Shown piece by piece: positions 26,601 through 40,349 of a DNA stretch of 64,000 nucleotides (positions within the stretch are counted from its first letter, which is position 1; each line of letters begins with the position of its first letter). The stretch is taken from the NCBI GenBank assembly GCA_951406725.2, contig OX597832.1:34100001-34164000 (forward strand), written 5' to 3'. Both the position numbers and the translations under genes were made by a program. The notes beneath the pieces were generated by a model. It saw only the letters and a list, made by a program, of their open reading frames with translations. It made no database searches and was not told where the DNA came from. The stretch is from Octopus vulgaris. Lineage: Eukaryota.

Positions 26601-28537
26601 AGAGCTATTAGGAAGTCGAACAACTCTATATAAATTCATCGATTGGCTAAGAAGCGTAAGTATTATGCGTATGTGTGTTGTGCATCTATGAATGTGTATG
26701 CATGACTATGCCTATATTTGTATCTCTTTCTCTTCCTTTCGTTATATATATATATATATAATAGATAGATACATAGACAGATAGATATAACAATCCTGGG
26801 TTGCGTAGGGAAAAGTAAAGCACGTTTTTCTCCCCTCGGATATACAAACGAAATTAAGTGCATGTGTCTCTGTGTGTACATGTACCCGTCTCTGTGTGTC
26901 CAGGTATGTGTATATGTGTGCGTATGTGTGTGCGCATGCGTATGGGCCTGTCTAAGTGTCCTTCATCTTATCCAAACATTACTATTCTCCAATGGCAAGT
27001 GGTTAACAAAGCATTTGACAAGTAACGCGTTAATATTCAACCTTTAGACCTTCTTTGTGTCAGTAATAAGCACCGATCACATTGTTATTTCATACACAGT
27101 CGAATATATCATCTGCAAATGACGGCAATATGGCGTTGTATTGGATGAGGTGTGCTTCACTAGAACATGTGACCCTTTAAGGTTTAACATCTCGGGATGT
27201 AGTTGCTGTCTTACACAACAGAATTTTATACCCATTATGGCATTATATCTTTGAAAGTATACTCTAATAGCATGTATATATCTGGATAATTTAATCTGTT
27301 CTCAGAATATAATCCGAAATTACACTCAAAAGATTCTATGTATTGGAATCCACTGCCTGGCATCTTGAGAAGGTACACGATGAATCAAGTAAAGAATTGA
27401 CGCAGATTTGAATTTAAACTTAAAACCCTAAACAAATGTGGCAAGTCGCTTTCTTTTTTTCCAAAAACAAATCTACCAGCCCACCAACCTCTAAAAAGTA
27501 TTAATAATACCGAAACAAGTCATAAGTCGTGCACAGTATCATTGAAGATTCAGCCATAGTAGAGGAGGTTACAGAACCGATGCTGAATCTGAAATTGCTT
27601 TTCTTCGTATTCTATGATGTTCAGACGTACAGCATTGTTATACAAAACGGTACAATTATGAGGCTCTGTTGTATTCGAACGTGGATATACTTGCTTGCCG
27701 GGAACAAGACACAAACCACTTAAAGCATCCACAGTTAATGCACGTCTTATCCTTTCTGGCATCTACGGAAAACGTCATTTATGTATCCAAATACAAAGTA
27801 CGGTTTGTTAATCTCCACATTAGAGCTACTCCAACAGATAATTATACGCCAACGAAAATGTTTTTTGGTGGTGGCTGTGGTGGTGAAGTGAGTCTCAACT
27901 CTGAACTATCGCTCAATCTACCCTGGTTGAGTGGCAGGACTGTGATATTAGAAGAAAAGAAAGACGGGGACAAAGACACCAAGATAACACTAAGAATAGA
28001 ATTGAACAATTGACAAGATCGGCAAGCAACACAAAATCATAAAATCGCTTTAATGGTTATGTTTCTCGTTGTATTTTGCCAATAGCAGAGGGAAAATTAC
28101 ATCGTTTGCTATCAGATTATTGCAGAGGGTGTATATATATATATCGGCGGAACAAATCTGCTTAAATCTATTTCTACACGGTTTACAGTCGTGTTTCCTT
28201 CACTAATAGAATATTCCAAAAGAAAATGGTGGGTTTTGCTGCTGCAAGCATGTCATCATGCTGTCTAGATATTCTTTCTCCATTTCCTTGTAAATTATGG
28301 ATGTATTCATGGCCAAATATGTGTGTGTATAGGTGTATATCAGTATATAAGTAGGTAAGTATATATCTGTCTGTGTGTCAGTCTGTTTCAAGATGTGATT
28401 GGTAATATGTAAGCGTGGATGTATGCGCATAGATTTATACCCCCATATGTATATATACATGGTTATATATGTGTGTATGTATATATATATATATATGTGT
28501 GTGTATATATATATATATGTGTGTATATATATATATA

Positions 28538-28614
<77 letters not shown>

Positions 28615-28700
28615 ACATATATATACGTGTATGCGTTTGTCCATCTAAATATATACGCAGATATATATATAGATAGATAGATAGATACATATACATATAT

Positions 28701-28747
<47 letters not shown>

Positions 28748-28863
28748 TATGCATATATATATATATATACATACATACGCGTATATATATGAATACATAT
28801 ATGTATGCATATATATACACGTATTTATATGTATCCACATATGTATACAAACACACACACGCG

Positions 28864-28908
<45 letters not shown>

Positions 28909-29396
28909 TATATGTGTATATGTATGCATGTATATTCGCTTCAACAAACGTATTTGTACCAGAAAATATGAGTTTATATTAATGTACGTAAATATAATTA
29001 GTATATATATTGCAAATACGAATACGTGTGCGAATACTGTGTGTGTATAAATGTATATGATTTGTAGGTATATGGGTGTGTGTTATTGGTTCCGTGTCGG
29101 TGAATGTGTGGCGGTGTCTATGCAGTACAGAACTATATTATAATAACCTCATGATTATGTTGTCAAGGTGCACAGAAATTACATACGTAGTAGTGAAACG
29201 TAAGTGTGTATAGCTTGTAGCTGGTATCTCTTTCTAAGACTCTGTGGTTGTGTCTAGGTGCCCATCAAACTATCTTGATATCTCACTCTATCACTGTATA
29301 TATATATATATATAAAATATATATCTATGTGTGTATGAAAATATACACCTATGTATATGTGTGTGTGTGTATAAATATATATGCGCATATACATAC

Positions 29397-29443
<47 letters not shown>

Positions 29444-29703
29444 TCCAAGGATCGAGGTGTGGGGAGAAAATTAGCTTCAAGCAATTGGCAGGAAATATAA
29501 AAATACTACTTTCAAGGAGAAAAGTGCTTTATTGAAACGGAAAGTTGTGGATTTTTTTCGTATTGAAGTACGATAAACTGAGGAGAGAAATCCTTTTATA
29601 TTTCACGGCAGGCGAACAGGGTTGCCGGGTATAGGGATAAGAATACAAGGGTTAAGGAATGTTTAATATGTTTCATAATCATTCATTTAGTCAAGATACC
29701 CCT

Positions 29704-29787
29704 GGCCTGACGAGTAACTTGGGGTATACACCTCGCTCGGATATTTAGCACTTCTGATGTTCCGCTCGCTATGAAACATACATAGCC
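29704..29787 (+). ncRNA. Type I hammerhead-ribozyme-like motif
   Basis: ggc-CTGACGA-gtaac...gctat-GAAAC-atac-ATA-gcc. Conserved core intact, 3-bp stem I, one mismatch in stem III. Related 5' half at 4203-4290. Confidence 0.55.
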
Positions 29788-29824
29788 CTATCTTATCTAC
29801 TCCATTCCTAAACTCTAGTGAGAT

Positions 29825-29867
<43 letters not shown>

Positions 29868-30703
29868 CCCCTACAAAAAAAAAACAAGACATAATGAAGA
29901 TCGAAGCGCCACAAAGATCAATCACAAAAAAAAATAAATGAATGAATGGCATGATGCGATTTGATTATTGGGCTCGACTTAAACAGCTGAAGCTCTATTC
30001 TCTGCAACGCTGAGCGAAACATTATTTGCGCCATGTGGGAAATATTCCACCAATATTATCAAAAAAGGGCTGCAATGTCAAACTCACTTTTTCACCAAAA
30101 GCCAGTCAGATTGGCCATTGAAGAGGGGACTGCATTGGCGGTATTGCCACAGTCTGAGGCCTGAAGCGTTAGCTCCTACACGCATTTTTTTCTCTTCTTG
30201 TTTCTTTTCTGTGTATCTTTCTGTCGAAGAACGTAGCCTTGAAACGTAAAGACTTGTTCTATTTCTATTCATGAGCGCCATACTAATACATTTGTTTGTT
30301 TGTACTCCACCTGCCTTCGTCTTTTGTTTATTTTCGTAAACCTTCCTGTTATATATATATATATAGATAGATAGATAGATAGATAGATATACATACATAC
30401 ATTATGTAGTGTGTGTGTGTGTGTGCATTTACATGTAGAAATATCATTCGTACATAAGTATATACTTAATACATAAAGATAGATAGATGACGGGAAGATA
30501 TTTGTATATTTGAAAATGTCGGCACGTATCTGCTCCTATCTTCATGGAATGTGGATTCAACCGGTTATTAAAGACATTGGGCTCCTACTTAAGCGTTTGA
30601 GGGCGATTTTCTTTGGGCTGCTCTCCTACACTCGCACGCACATCACAGGCGCGTGTTTGTACGTATATATATATATATATATATATTCATACACACATAT
30701 ATA

Positions 30704-30734
<31 letters not shown>

Positions 30735-31081
30735 ATATATACATGAATACTTATATGCTTATATGTACATATAGCGAGGTGCACAAACACCTACCATCTA
30801 TGGTCTTGTTTCCACATAACTTTGAAACGTGACAGAAATAGCGACAGCGTCCATCGATTCTCTAGAACTAACTTAGTTCATGGGAATCGAATGTCAACAA
30901 AACTTTCATACTAGCGCCCTCTATACGTGAGCAACAATAATAATGCAGTAAGAAAACCAGTAAGTAGTAGTAGTAGCAGCAGCAGCAGCATGTTGTACGT
31001 GCGTGACTGTGATCGTGAGTAATGTTATTTTGCATAACTCCTTAACCGTGTGAATCAAATTAAGCCTCAATGAGTGATCGT

Positions 31082-31397
31082 TATGCATGCATGTATGCAT
31101 GTATGTATGTATGTATGTATGCATGTATGTATGCATGTATGCATGTATGTATGTATGTATGTATGTATGTATGTATGCATGCATGTATGTATGTATGCAT
31201 GTATGCATGTATGTATGTATGTATGTATGTATGCATGTATGCATGTATGTATGTATGCATGTATGTATGTATGTATGTATGTATGTATGTATGTATGTAC
31301 GTATGTATGTATGTATGTATGCATGTATGCATGTATGTATGTATGTATGTATGTATGCATGTATGCATGTATGTACGTATGTATGTATGTATGTATG
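31082..31397. repeat. (TGTA/TGCA)n tetranucleotide array, about 315 bp
   Basis: Direct reading. Confidence 0.95.
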
Positions 31398-31440
31398 TCA
31401 TTGTTCAGTTTTATTTCAAAATTTCTTGCCAATAGAAAAG

Positions 31441-31487
31441 AACCCTAACCCTAACCCTAACCCTAACCCTAACCCTAACCCTAACCC
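31441..31487 (-). repeat. Interstitial telomeric repeat (TTAGGG)7.8
   Basis: aaccct x7 plus aaccc, embedded in a dispersed repeat (31395-31535). Confidence 0.9.
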
Positions 31488-31979
31488 AGACCCAACGTTC
31501 CTTCACTGGAATTTCAACATCGACAACCGAGTATTTTTGTTTGCTTGTATGTCTTTTCTATTTATCAATCATTATAAATCTTCCACTGAGGTGGGACCCG
31601 GTTCCCAACAAAGATACAAAGCTCCATCTTTGGGATGTAGTTAACACAGACGAATTCACATTTGGAACTTGAGAAAAGTCTTGCATATTTTTTATTGTTC
31701 CACTCACAGATTGCACTTGTAATGTACGAATTAGCCAGTCGATTTCTCATTCAGAAAATCCAAGTTTATCTAGATACGCCTCTAAGCATTTATTAACAAA
31801 ACCTAGTGCTTCAATTATTATTGGTATTCATATAAATTCATAGTCTGGATATAGAAGCTGGGGGTTTTAAGCAGTTGTCTATAGATATCCTCTTTTTCTT
31901 TTATTTTTTTTAATTTTTTTTTATTTTCAAAAAGATATTTATATCTGCAGGGCAGCTGACTTCTATGATGATACATAAC

Positions 31980-32624
31980 TTCGCCCCGCTGTCCTAAACA
32001 ACAATATCCGGCCTGTTATGTTTACATTTGACAAAATGTTGATGGGAATATTCCACCAGTATTCCTTGAGTTGATGTTTATGAATGCATTCCATAACAGA
32101 GAGATTTTCTAAGTTCATTTCACAACAGTCTTTTTTGCGGATGACATTGTAAATTGTTTTAGGTACAACATCGGGCCTCATAGATATGTATGCATGTATG
32201 TGTGCAGATTTGTATGTTTTATGTATGTATTCTAATGCATATAATCGCATACCTAGATGTACTTATATATATTTAAAAGATAAACTTCTGGAACGTTTTA
32301 CAGAATTTTGCAGTTCCAGTGATTGATTACATCAGTAGTCTTCGAATTATCTTTCTCCTTTCTGGTTTTCAGAAGACTAATTTCTTAAGATTAGTACTTA
32401 GGCAGTGTGTTACATATCCCAGGACCCCAATAATTACAGGTATAAGCCTGAATTTGTAATCTGGATAGAGCAACTGCAGATTTCTGAATAGTTAAGCCTA
32501 GGTATTCTCTTTTTCACTGATCTTCAGTTTTCTGTTAACATCCGCTGAGCACCTAATTTCCAAAACTGTACAGTTTCTCTTCTCTATCCCAGATCATTAT
32601 ATCAGGTCTGTTATGATTACATTT

Positions 32625-32625
<1 letters not shown>
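31980..32625 (-). mobile_element. Two adjacent fragments of RLE-type (R2/R4/NeSL group) LINE endonuclease region
   Basis: 32625-32280 reads KCNHNRPDIMIWDREEK...LLYPDYKFRLIPVIIGVLGYVTHCL to the ORF end and 3'UTR. 32185-31980 reads MRPDVVPKTIYNVIRKK...KEYWWNIPI...KCKHNRPDIVV. Confidence 0.75.
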
Positions 32626-32664
<39 letters not shown>

Positions 32665-32668
<4 letters not shown>

Positions 32669-33775
32669 TTCTTGCAGATAAACTGAGACAATTTTTACTA
32701 CGCATAAGACTGGTTAAAGCAATGGTAGTAGGCAGACATAATTCTAATGTAACATTTATTACAACGAAAACATTTATCACACAACATGATCGCACTTTTG
32801 GAGCACTTACTGCCTCCACACGAGAACGAAATTTTTTGAAACTACCTTAACCTCCGCTATTTTGATTTTTTTGTGTCGCACAAATGATTCAGGCCTTCAA
32901 ACTGTTGACATTCGAGTGTGATGAAGCATTGGTCCTTGCTTGAAATATGCCTCATAAAACGTAATCGAGAGGGTTGAGATTTAAGCTGTTACTGGGCCAG
33001 ATGTTAACCCTCACAAAAAATGGCACCTTCTCACCAAGTAAGGTCTGTGTTTCTATTGACACATGGCATAGTGCAGAATCCTAGATAAGCACCATATTGT
33101 CAAGCCCATACTTCTGCTCCACCCAAGGCTCCAAATACCATCGCAGTGACGCGATTCTTAGTCTCAAACACAGGGAGAACGTCAGAAAGGTTGTATGGAG
33201 TCAACCGATAATTTCTGCGGTCCACCTCAGCGTCCACAGTGATTTTCTTTACGTCCACAAACACGGGAGTCTTTTCTTGCACCTCGATGCTTCATGAATA
33301 GCAGAAGCCTTGGGTATCTCTCAGCTTTGATTGCTTTGGCCTTCGTTGTTAGGCGGCGACGGCGTCGTCGAACATATCTAGCCATGCCAAGGTTCCTGTT
33401 CACAGCTCTGGACACCGTGGAAAGGGATACGTTGCATTGCTTTGCAAGTGTTGTCATGGATGTCGATGAGTTGGTTTCAATCGAGCATTTAAGACGGCGA
33501 GAAACTTTGGATCGCGCATCGAATCACTTCGAGTATTGTGTTCTTTTCTATCAATCTTTCCCTTTTCTTTAAATTGTTTATACACTCGATAAGCTGTTGC
33601 TTTTGGAAGTTTCATCAACTTAGCAATTCTATTGGCAGTGTGCCAAAATGTTTGGGGTTGGGCGAGTACTGTCAGTACAACTTGGGAAGAACAAATATCG
33701 CAGAAACTAATGTAAATTGAAAGCACCGAGAAATTCGCAACTTTTTTCGCCGGTTTTGTGTTTGTCGCCGATAAA
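32665..33775 (-). mobile_element. Decayed Tc1/mariner (maT/DD37D-like) transposase with internal deletion
   Basis: Two HTH regions (IAKLMKLPKATAYRVYKQFKEKG; LAKQCNVSLSTVSRAV), VFVDVKKITVD (first catalytic D), MVFGA, DSALCH and WPSNSLNLNPLDY. TIR pair not confirmed. Confidence 0.85.
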
Positions 33776-34579
33776 TATATTCACAAAGAATATGCACAGA
33801 CGCAGACACACAAACACACACACATATATAAATGTATGGATAGAGGTACGTGAGTAGATACATACATGTGTGTGTATGAATATATATATACATACATGTG
33901 TGTGTATGAATATATATATAAGTACACATGTTCGTACTTACCAGTGCGCTTAATTACGTACATAGATACGTGTAAGTGTATGTGTGTGCGCGTGTAAGAT
34001 ATTACATACATACGTTTGTATATATACATGGCTACACATGCATCAACGGCTCCGGGCCCCTCATCCCTATGGGAAATTCTGGCCATGCATATGCACACAT
34101 CCAGATATGGAATGTACACAGACACTTCTATACTAAAGTGAAAGTATATAAAATATACATCCACCACACAGTTACAAGCTATTCAAGAGTACACACACGC
34201 ACACGCACACGCATACGCACACACACGCGCACACACACAGGCATACACACGCACGCGCACACGTATACACACGCACACTCACATAACTGCACATCAACTG
34301 ATTCCGACGACCATACAACCACCAACACACCCGTCTGAACTGGAACAACAGAGCCTTGCCACTTGGTCAGTGGCCAGATTCAAATAATCCAAAGAAAGAA
34401 AAAATAAATAAATGAATTTTTAAAAAAGCATTCATAAATACAGGCATACGGAGATTCACGTACATACATAACTGGATATGTACAAATGTGGACGGACGGA
34501 CGGACGAACAGACGGACGGACGGACAGACGGACGGACGGACAGACAGACGGACGGACGGACGGACGGACCAGTACTCTC

Positions 34580-34750
34580 TTTATCAACATTTTCGTCTGT
34601 CTTTACGTTCTGAGATCAAATTCCGCTCAGGTCGACTTTGCCTTTCATCTTTTCGGGGTCGATGAAATACCAGTTATGCACTGGGTTTAATGTAATCGAC
34701 CAGCTCCCTCCCTAAAAATATCAGGCCTTGTACCTATAGTAGAAAGGATT
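34580..34750 (+). mobile_element. tRNA-derived SINE, third family (5'-truncated)
   Basis: ttctgagatcaaattccgctcaggtcgactttgcctttcatcttttcggggtcgat. Confidence 0.75.
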
Positions 34751-35260
34751 ATTATTATCATCATCAGTAGTAGTAGTAGTTAAGAAGAAAGGACTCGGGG
34801 GTGACTTCGAAGTCTGGGCTTGCTTAGACTTCATCCAACTGTCTTTGATGTCAATATCAACGTTATCTGTGTTAAAATAAATATGTACTCCTAGAAAAGT
34901 ATTGAGTAGACGTTCAAATAAACAGGCCTCGCTTATCAAAAAATATAAGCCGGAGTTAAAAATAAACCCATTAAATTAAAGATTTGCCCCACCTAGTGTA
35001 ATATAAATGTAGACTAACATTAAAAATTGAAGATTTATCTCACCTTTACTGAAAAATACCTTGGTTACCAATTATCCCCCCAGCAAATAAAATGTCTAAT
35101 TCAAAATTTCATCTACAACACAAAATTTGAAAACCGGTTATTAAGTTGGCAGAAAAAAAATCTCATTTTGTACAATATTGTATAAAACATTTACTATTAT
35201 GGTGCTAATATATTCTTTAGTCTTTTAAAACAAATCTTCTGTGTTTTTCATCTTAGTTCT

Positions 35261-35299
<39 letters not shown>

Positions 35300-35359
35300 G
35301 AGAGAGAGAGAGAGCGATAGATAGGTAGATAGATAGATATATATATATGAGTTTGTATG

Positions 35360-35396
<37 letters not shown>

Positions 35397-36175
35397 CTGT
35401 TCGTACATACATACCTAGACACACGAATACACACACAACATTTTACACGTACGCAGCAGACTAATGCACAGTTTGTGTCTGCCAAATTTCTTTGAAAAGA
35501 CATTGGCTAACTGGAGGCTATAACGAAATACACTCGACTTACATTAACCGTAGAAGTCTGTATTATTGTTTGTACAGGCTTCCATAAATTAAGCTTATTT
35601 ATTTATTTATTTTCATATTTCCACATTTGGGCATTTTATCGTCTGCAGTCTTTCTCACTAAATCTCCTTCTAATCCTCACTATTTCCAGTTTGTCCGCAA
35701 ATATTGATTAAAAAAAACGAAACACTTTTTACTCCCACCATCACTAACGTTTAGACGCTTGCTCTCTTTGCACACACATATATACACACACGTACACACA
35801 TATATACACACACGTACACACATACATACACACACGTACGCACACACATGCATACATACATACACGCACGTGCACACACATGCATACATGCACGTACGCA
35901 CACACATACAAACACACACGTACACATACAAGCACGTACGCACACACATACATACACGCACATACACACACACATACATAAACACACGTACACACACATA
36001 AATACACACGTACGTACACACACACACACATGTAAATACATAATATATACCATATTGAGTGGGGATAGACGGACAGAGACGTGGATATATCTGTACACAT
36101 ACATTATATATATGATTCTGCTTAGCCGTCTCTCTAACCATCTCTCTGTCTAGCCTATGTATATCCCTCACAAAC

Positions 36176-36226
<51 letters not shown>

Positions 36227-36291
36227 ACATATTTGTTTTCCTTTCTCTATTCACCCTCTCTCTCTCTACCTATCTATTTCTGTTTCTCACA

Positions 36292-36334
<43 letters not shown>

Positions 36335-36506
36335 TCTCCTCCAGTGTCTGTGAACTTGTAAAGTTTATTTCAGATACGCCAAGAAGGAAAGAAGAAATAA
36401 AACAAAACAAAAAGCAATAAAAAAATGGAGAAAAACAAAAAACTAACCGAAATGAAAATAAAGTAGAAAAGTACAAGAACAAAAAGAAAAACAAGCAAAA
36501 ACTTAC

Positions 36507-36851
36507 CATTTTAATATTGCTGAGATTGTGTTACGTCTGGAACCAAACTTTGTTCAACACTTGACTCTTGAAGACATATGGTTGTTTTGTTATGGTTAAA
36601 CCACGAAGACCAAGGTTATGTTGGAGTATATTTCGGGTTAAGTTGAATTGATGTAGATTTTAGACTGTTTTACTGCGCCACCTCCGCCACCGGCCCCGTC
36701 GTATGCTTTCGTTTGGTGGCGGGTTGGGGATGGGTCCAATGGAGACGCAGTCACATTGTAGTTCGCCGTTCCGTTTGTTAGAAATATTAGTGAAATCCCA
36801 ATGTGCCAGTTATTAAAAACACATAGAGTAGTCCGTTACGCTGGAGTAAAC
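36507..36851 (-). other. Candidate host-gene 5'UTR exon ending at a start codon
   Basis: Acceptor ttattttctcag|G at 36852/36851 and donor AAAATG|GTAAGT at 36507/36506, followed by a T-rich intron start. Non-repetitive, locally GC-richer, with stops in all three frames. Confidence 0.5.
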
Positions 36852-37767
36852 CTGAGAAAATAACGTTTGGATTGTCACGGTTGGAGAGTGTTTATTCAGG
36901 GATTTAACAGAGTGCAGACATGCAAGGATTTCTTTCTGTATATTTTAGTCTTGTATATATTTTGTTGTTGTCTATTCACCGAAATGCACATTCGTGATTT
37001 TGATACAAAGGACAACATTTCTATACACCCAAATGCAAACGTGTATACATATGCATTTATACACACGTGTGTGTATATATACATAAATGCTTATATATGC
37101 ATACATACATGCATAAATAAATACATACACACGTGTGTGTGTCTGCAGCAAAGCAGGAATCTGGAAAATTAATTGGTATTTTTTATTCACCATTACATGT
37201 GTTTCATTTGTTAATAGGAGTCACAAAATTGTACATAATGCATGAACATAACAAATTTCCGATCGCAAATTCTTCTGAACAAACAATTGTCATGCAAAAA
37301 GTCTGAGTTACTTGTGGAGACGGGGTATGCTACATTTTTACCAAAATGCGTTAGTACAGAAATAAACGAAGCGGCAAATAAATAAAACGAGGTAATTTTG
37401 AACATCATGTGAGGTGGTGCATTTGCACCTACGATACATCACAAATGTCTGTACAGTATGTCACCTACAAGGTACCGGTGCATGATGGGTCGAAACGAAC
37501 ATCGTGGTTCTGAAGAAGGCAGCTAGTCAATTCTATTTTTTTCTCTTATATTTTTATAAACGCTACGGACACAAAGGAATTCCTGAAGTAAGTCGAGTGG
37601 TATATACCTCCATACTGTTGTTGACATCAGGTAGCCGTATACTGGGAATGGGCTTTAAACAACATACTATAAGGTGTATACCCATGTAACAATCTACCGA
37701 TCATCTATATATGTGTGTGTGTGTGTGTGTGTGTGCGGTTAGATAGATAGGTAGGCAGGTAGCTCGC

Positions 37768-38457
37768 GTGTTTAGCGTGTGTTGGTCGCATTGACCACGA
37801 CACAGTTATCATGGCGATACCTGCTCAGAGGCCTACGCAAAGTTGAAGAAAGTGTATGGAGAGGAGTGTACGAGTGGTTTGGATGTTTCCGTAATGGCCA
37901 CAAAAATGCCGATAGTGACGAATACTCTGAGAGACCTACAACCAGCAGAACTGTGAAAAACATCGCAGAAGTGCGTGAAGCTGTGGGGGGAAATCGTCGA
38001 ATAACTAACCGTGAGTTATCAGAGGATGTGCAGATTAGTTAATGTTCAGTTCAGTCCATTATCACTGAAGATTTGGGTGTGAGACATATGTCTGCCAAGT
38101 TTGTGCCAAAACTGCTTTCAGCTGAGCAGAACGACACTCGGGTTGCACGAGATCTCCTTAATTATGTTGAGAAGGATGAAACTTTTTTGGGAAACTTTGG
38201 CGTAGGCCTCTGAGCAGGCATTGCCAAACTTATCGCAAAATTCGATGCAGATTCTCTGCTCATCTTTTTCTGTTGTCAATGCGACGATCACATGCTACAC
38301 ATGTTCCTTCTAAGTACAGCTGTAAACAGCGGAAGTGAACTGGAACGTTAAAACTAAATGCGCATAGTGTAAGGTTAATCTGTGCCGAGCGGCTTTACTC
38401 TGCGTGCTTTAGCTTCGTTACTATAGCAACAGTCTGGATACTTATTGAACAGACCAC

Positions 38458-38460
<3 letters not shown>
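37768..38460 (+). mobile_element. Mariner (Mos1-like) deletion derivative whose right end is an inverted copy of its 5' end
   Basis: VYEWFGCFRNG..SERPTTS..RRITNRELSE..IITEDLGVRHMSAKFVPKLLS (WVPHEL-like motif). 38192-38300 is the reverse complement of 37768-37845. Ends in a mariner-type TIR gatacttattgaacagaccacg-TA. Confidence 0.85.
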
Positions 38461-38507
<47 letters not shown>

Positions 38508-39029
38508 CTCAAAATATATTGGATACCATACAGCTAATGGACGCTGAACGTTTTCTCAGCGCGTAAAAGCTAGAGTGAACGGATTATTGACATGGACGGC
38601 GTTTTGCAGAATGACTGTCAACGACCGATGGGAGAGAACTTAGGATAGGTGGATTAGTGTAGAATTTAGCAGCAGTCGGTTTCACCTTTAGTTCTTTCGG
38701 GATCGATGAATTAGGTGACAGTGGGGCGCCGAGATCAATGAAATCGACTATCTCTTCCTACAGAACTGCTGGCCTTGTGCCAAAATTTGAGACGATTATT
38801 AGTGTTGTTGTTGAGGGCTCTAATTACTGATAATGCTTCATCAGTCAACGACCAATAAATTACTATAATTTACCATTCATTTATAGACGGGGTTTATTGA
38901 TTCCTGCTTCTGTTACAAAGACCGATGATCATTGAGTAATAATATATATATACATATATTTATATATGTATGTGTGTGTGTGTGTGTGTACAAAGAGAGA
39001 GATGTAGATATATAGGTATACATATATTC

Positions 39030-39067
<38 letters not shown>

Positions 39068-39574
39068 TGCATATAAGTGCGTAATAACGACAATAACAAC
39101 ATGAAGAACGGCAGTAAAAATAACAGTGGCCCTCAACAATTGCAATGTCGACATTACTCACAACATACAGAAACTACAACGACAACAATATCAACAGCAG
39201 CATCACTAACAACAGCATCAGCAACAACAATTATATGAATTGGTAAACTTAACTTCAATATATTTTAGAAAGGTAGATGGCGATTTGGGGGGGATTTGGT
39301 TGCTACATTTAGCAAATTTGTTCGCGTTGTTACTTTTTTTATCCTATTATTGTTTAGTTACAATTCGTCCTTATGACGAAAGACATTCCAGCCATGACTT
39401 CTCGGCTATTTTTCTGCTTTTTTTCTACTTAAGAACGCTATCTTTTAAGCTAGTGTCACGTGATTTAAGAGAGATGTGGCTGCCATATCTGGCCAGATTC
39501 AGTTGAGCGACCACGCGGATGTCCCATCATAAGCTTAGCTTCCTCTATTACTGATATTATTTCATTGTGACAAG

Positions 39575-40290
39575 GATGTTTAGCGGCATTTCGTCCTGAG
39601 TTCAAATTCCGCCGAAGTTGATTTGTACCATTCATCCTTTCAGAGTCGATAAAATCAGCATCAATTGAACACTGAGTTCGATGTAATTGACATCACTCCT
39701 CGCTCTGTAATTGTTGCTTTGGAGCCAAACTTTTAAATCCTCATTACAAGAGTGACCAGGCGACGATTTGGCAGAATCGTTTGAGCATCAGATGGAAAGC
39801 AATGTGGCAATGCGCTATATTTCTCCGATTCTTTATGTTCTGAGTTCATTCCCTACTGAAATCAACCTTACTCATCATCATTCCGGGGTGAATGAAATAA
39901 AATATCAATTGACAACTGGGGTAAAGTTTTAACTATTCTGAGTGATTAAGTTCTGAATTGAAAACTCGCCGAGATCACATTTACCTTTCATCATGTACAG
40001 GTTTCAGTCATTGGACTGTGGCCATCACAGGGCACCGGCTTCAATAGTTTCATAGTCGAACGAATCGACTCAAGTACTTATTTTTATAAAGCTTGATACT
40101 TATTCTGTCGGATTCTTTTGCCGAATCGCTAAGTTACGGCGGTGCAAAAACACGAACCCCTATTGTCAAGCGGAGGTGGGGGACAAACACACACACACAC
40201 TCGTATATATATATATATATATATATCAATATATATATATGTATACGACGGGCTATAGTAGAAGATACTTGTACAACCTGCTATATAGTG
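39575..40290. mobile_element. Cluster of SINE fragments (third family on +, 13031 family on -)
   Basis: Repeated ctgagttcaaattccgccg / tttcatc cores. 40000-40290 is the reverse complement of the 13031 family body. Confidence 0.65.
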
Positions 40291-40291
40291 G

Positions 40292-40330
<39 letters not shown>

Positions 40331-40349
40331 GATAGATAGATAGATAGAT

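Noticed and set aside
27060-28013. Unique-looking stretch with short ORFs, possibly a decayed transposase or exon
   Set aside because: No motif I can identify, and stops in all frames.
31441-31487. True telomere or chromosome-fusion site
   Set aside because: Only about 8 units in a single orientation, embedded in a dispersed repeat.
34900-35160. Faint Penelope-like peptide traces (FAPP, NLKTGY); similar traces at 59530-59750
   Set aside because: Too decayed to call from sequence alone.
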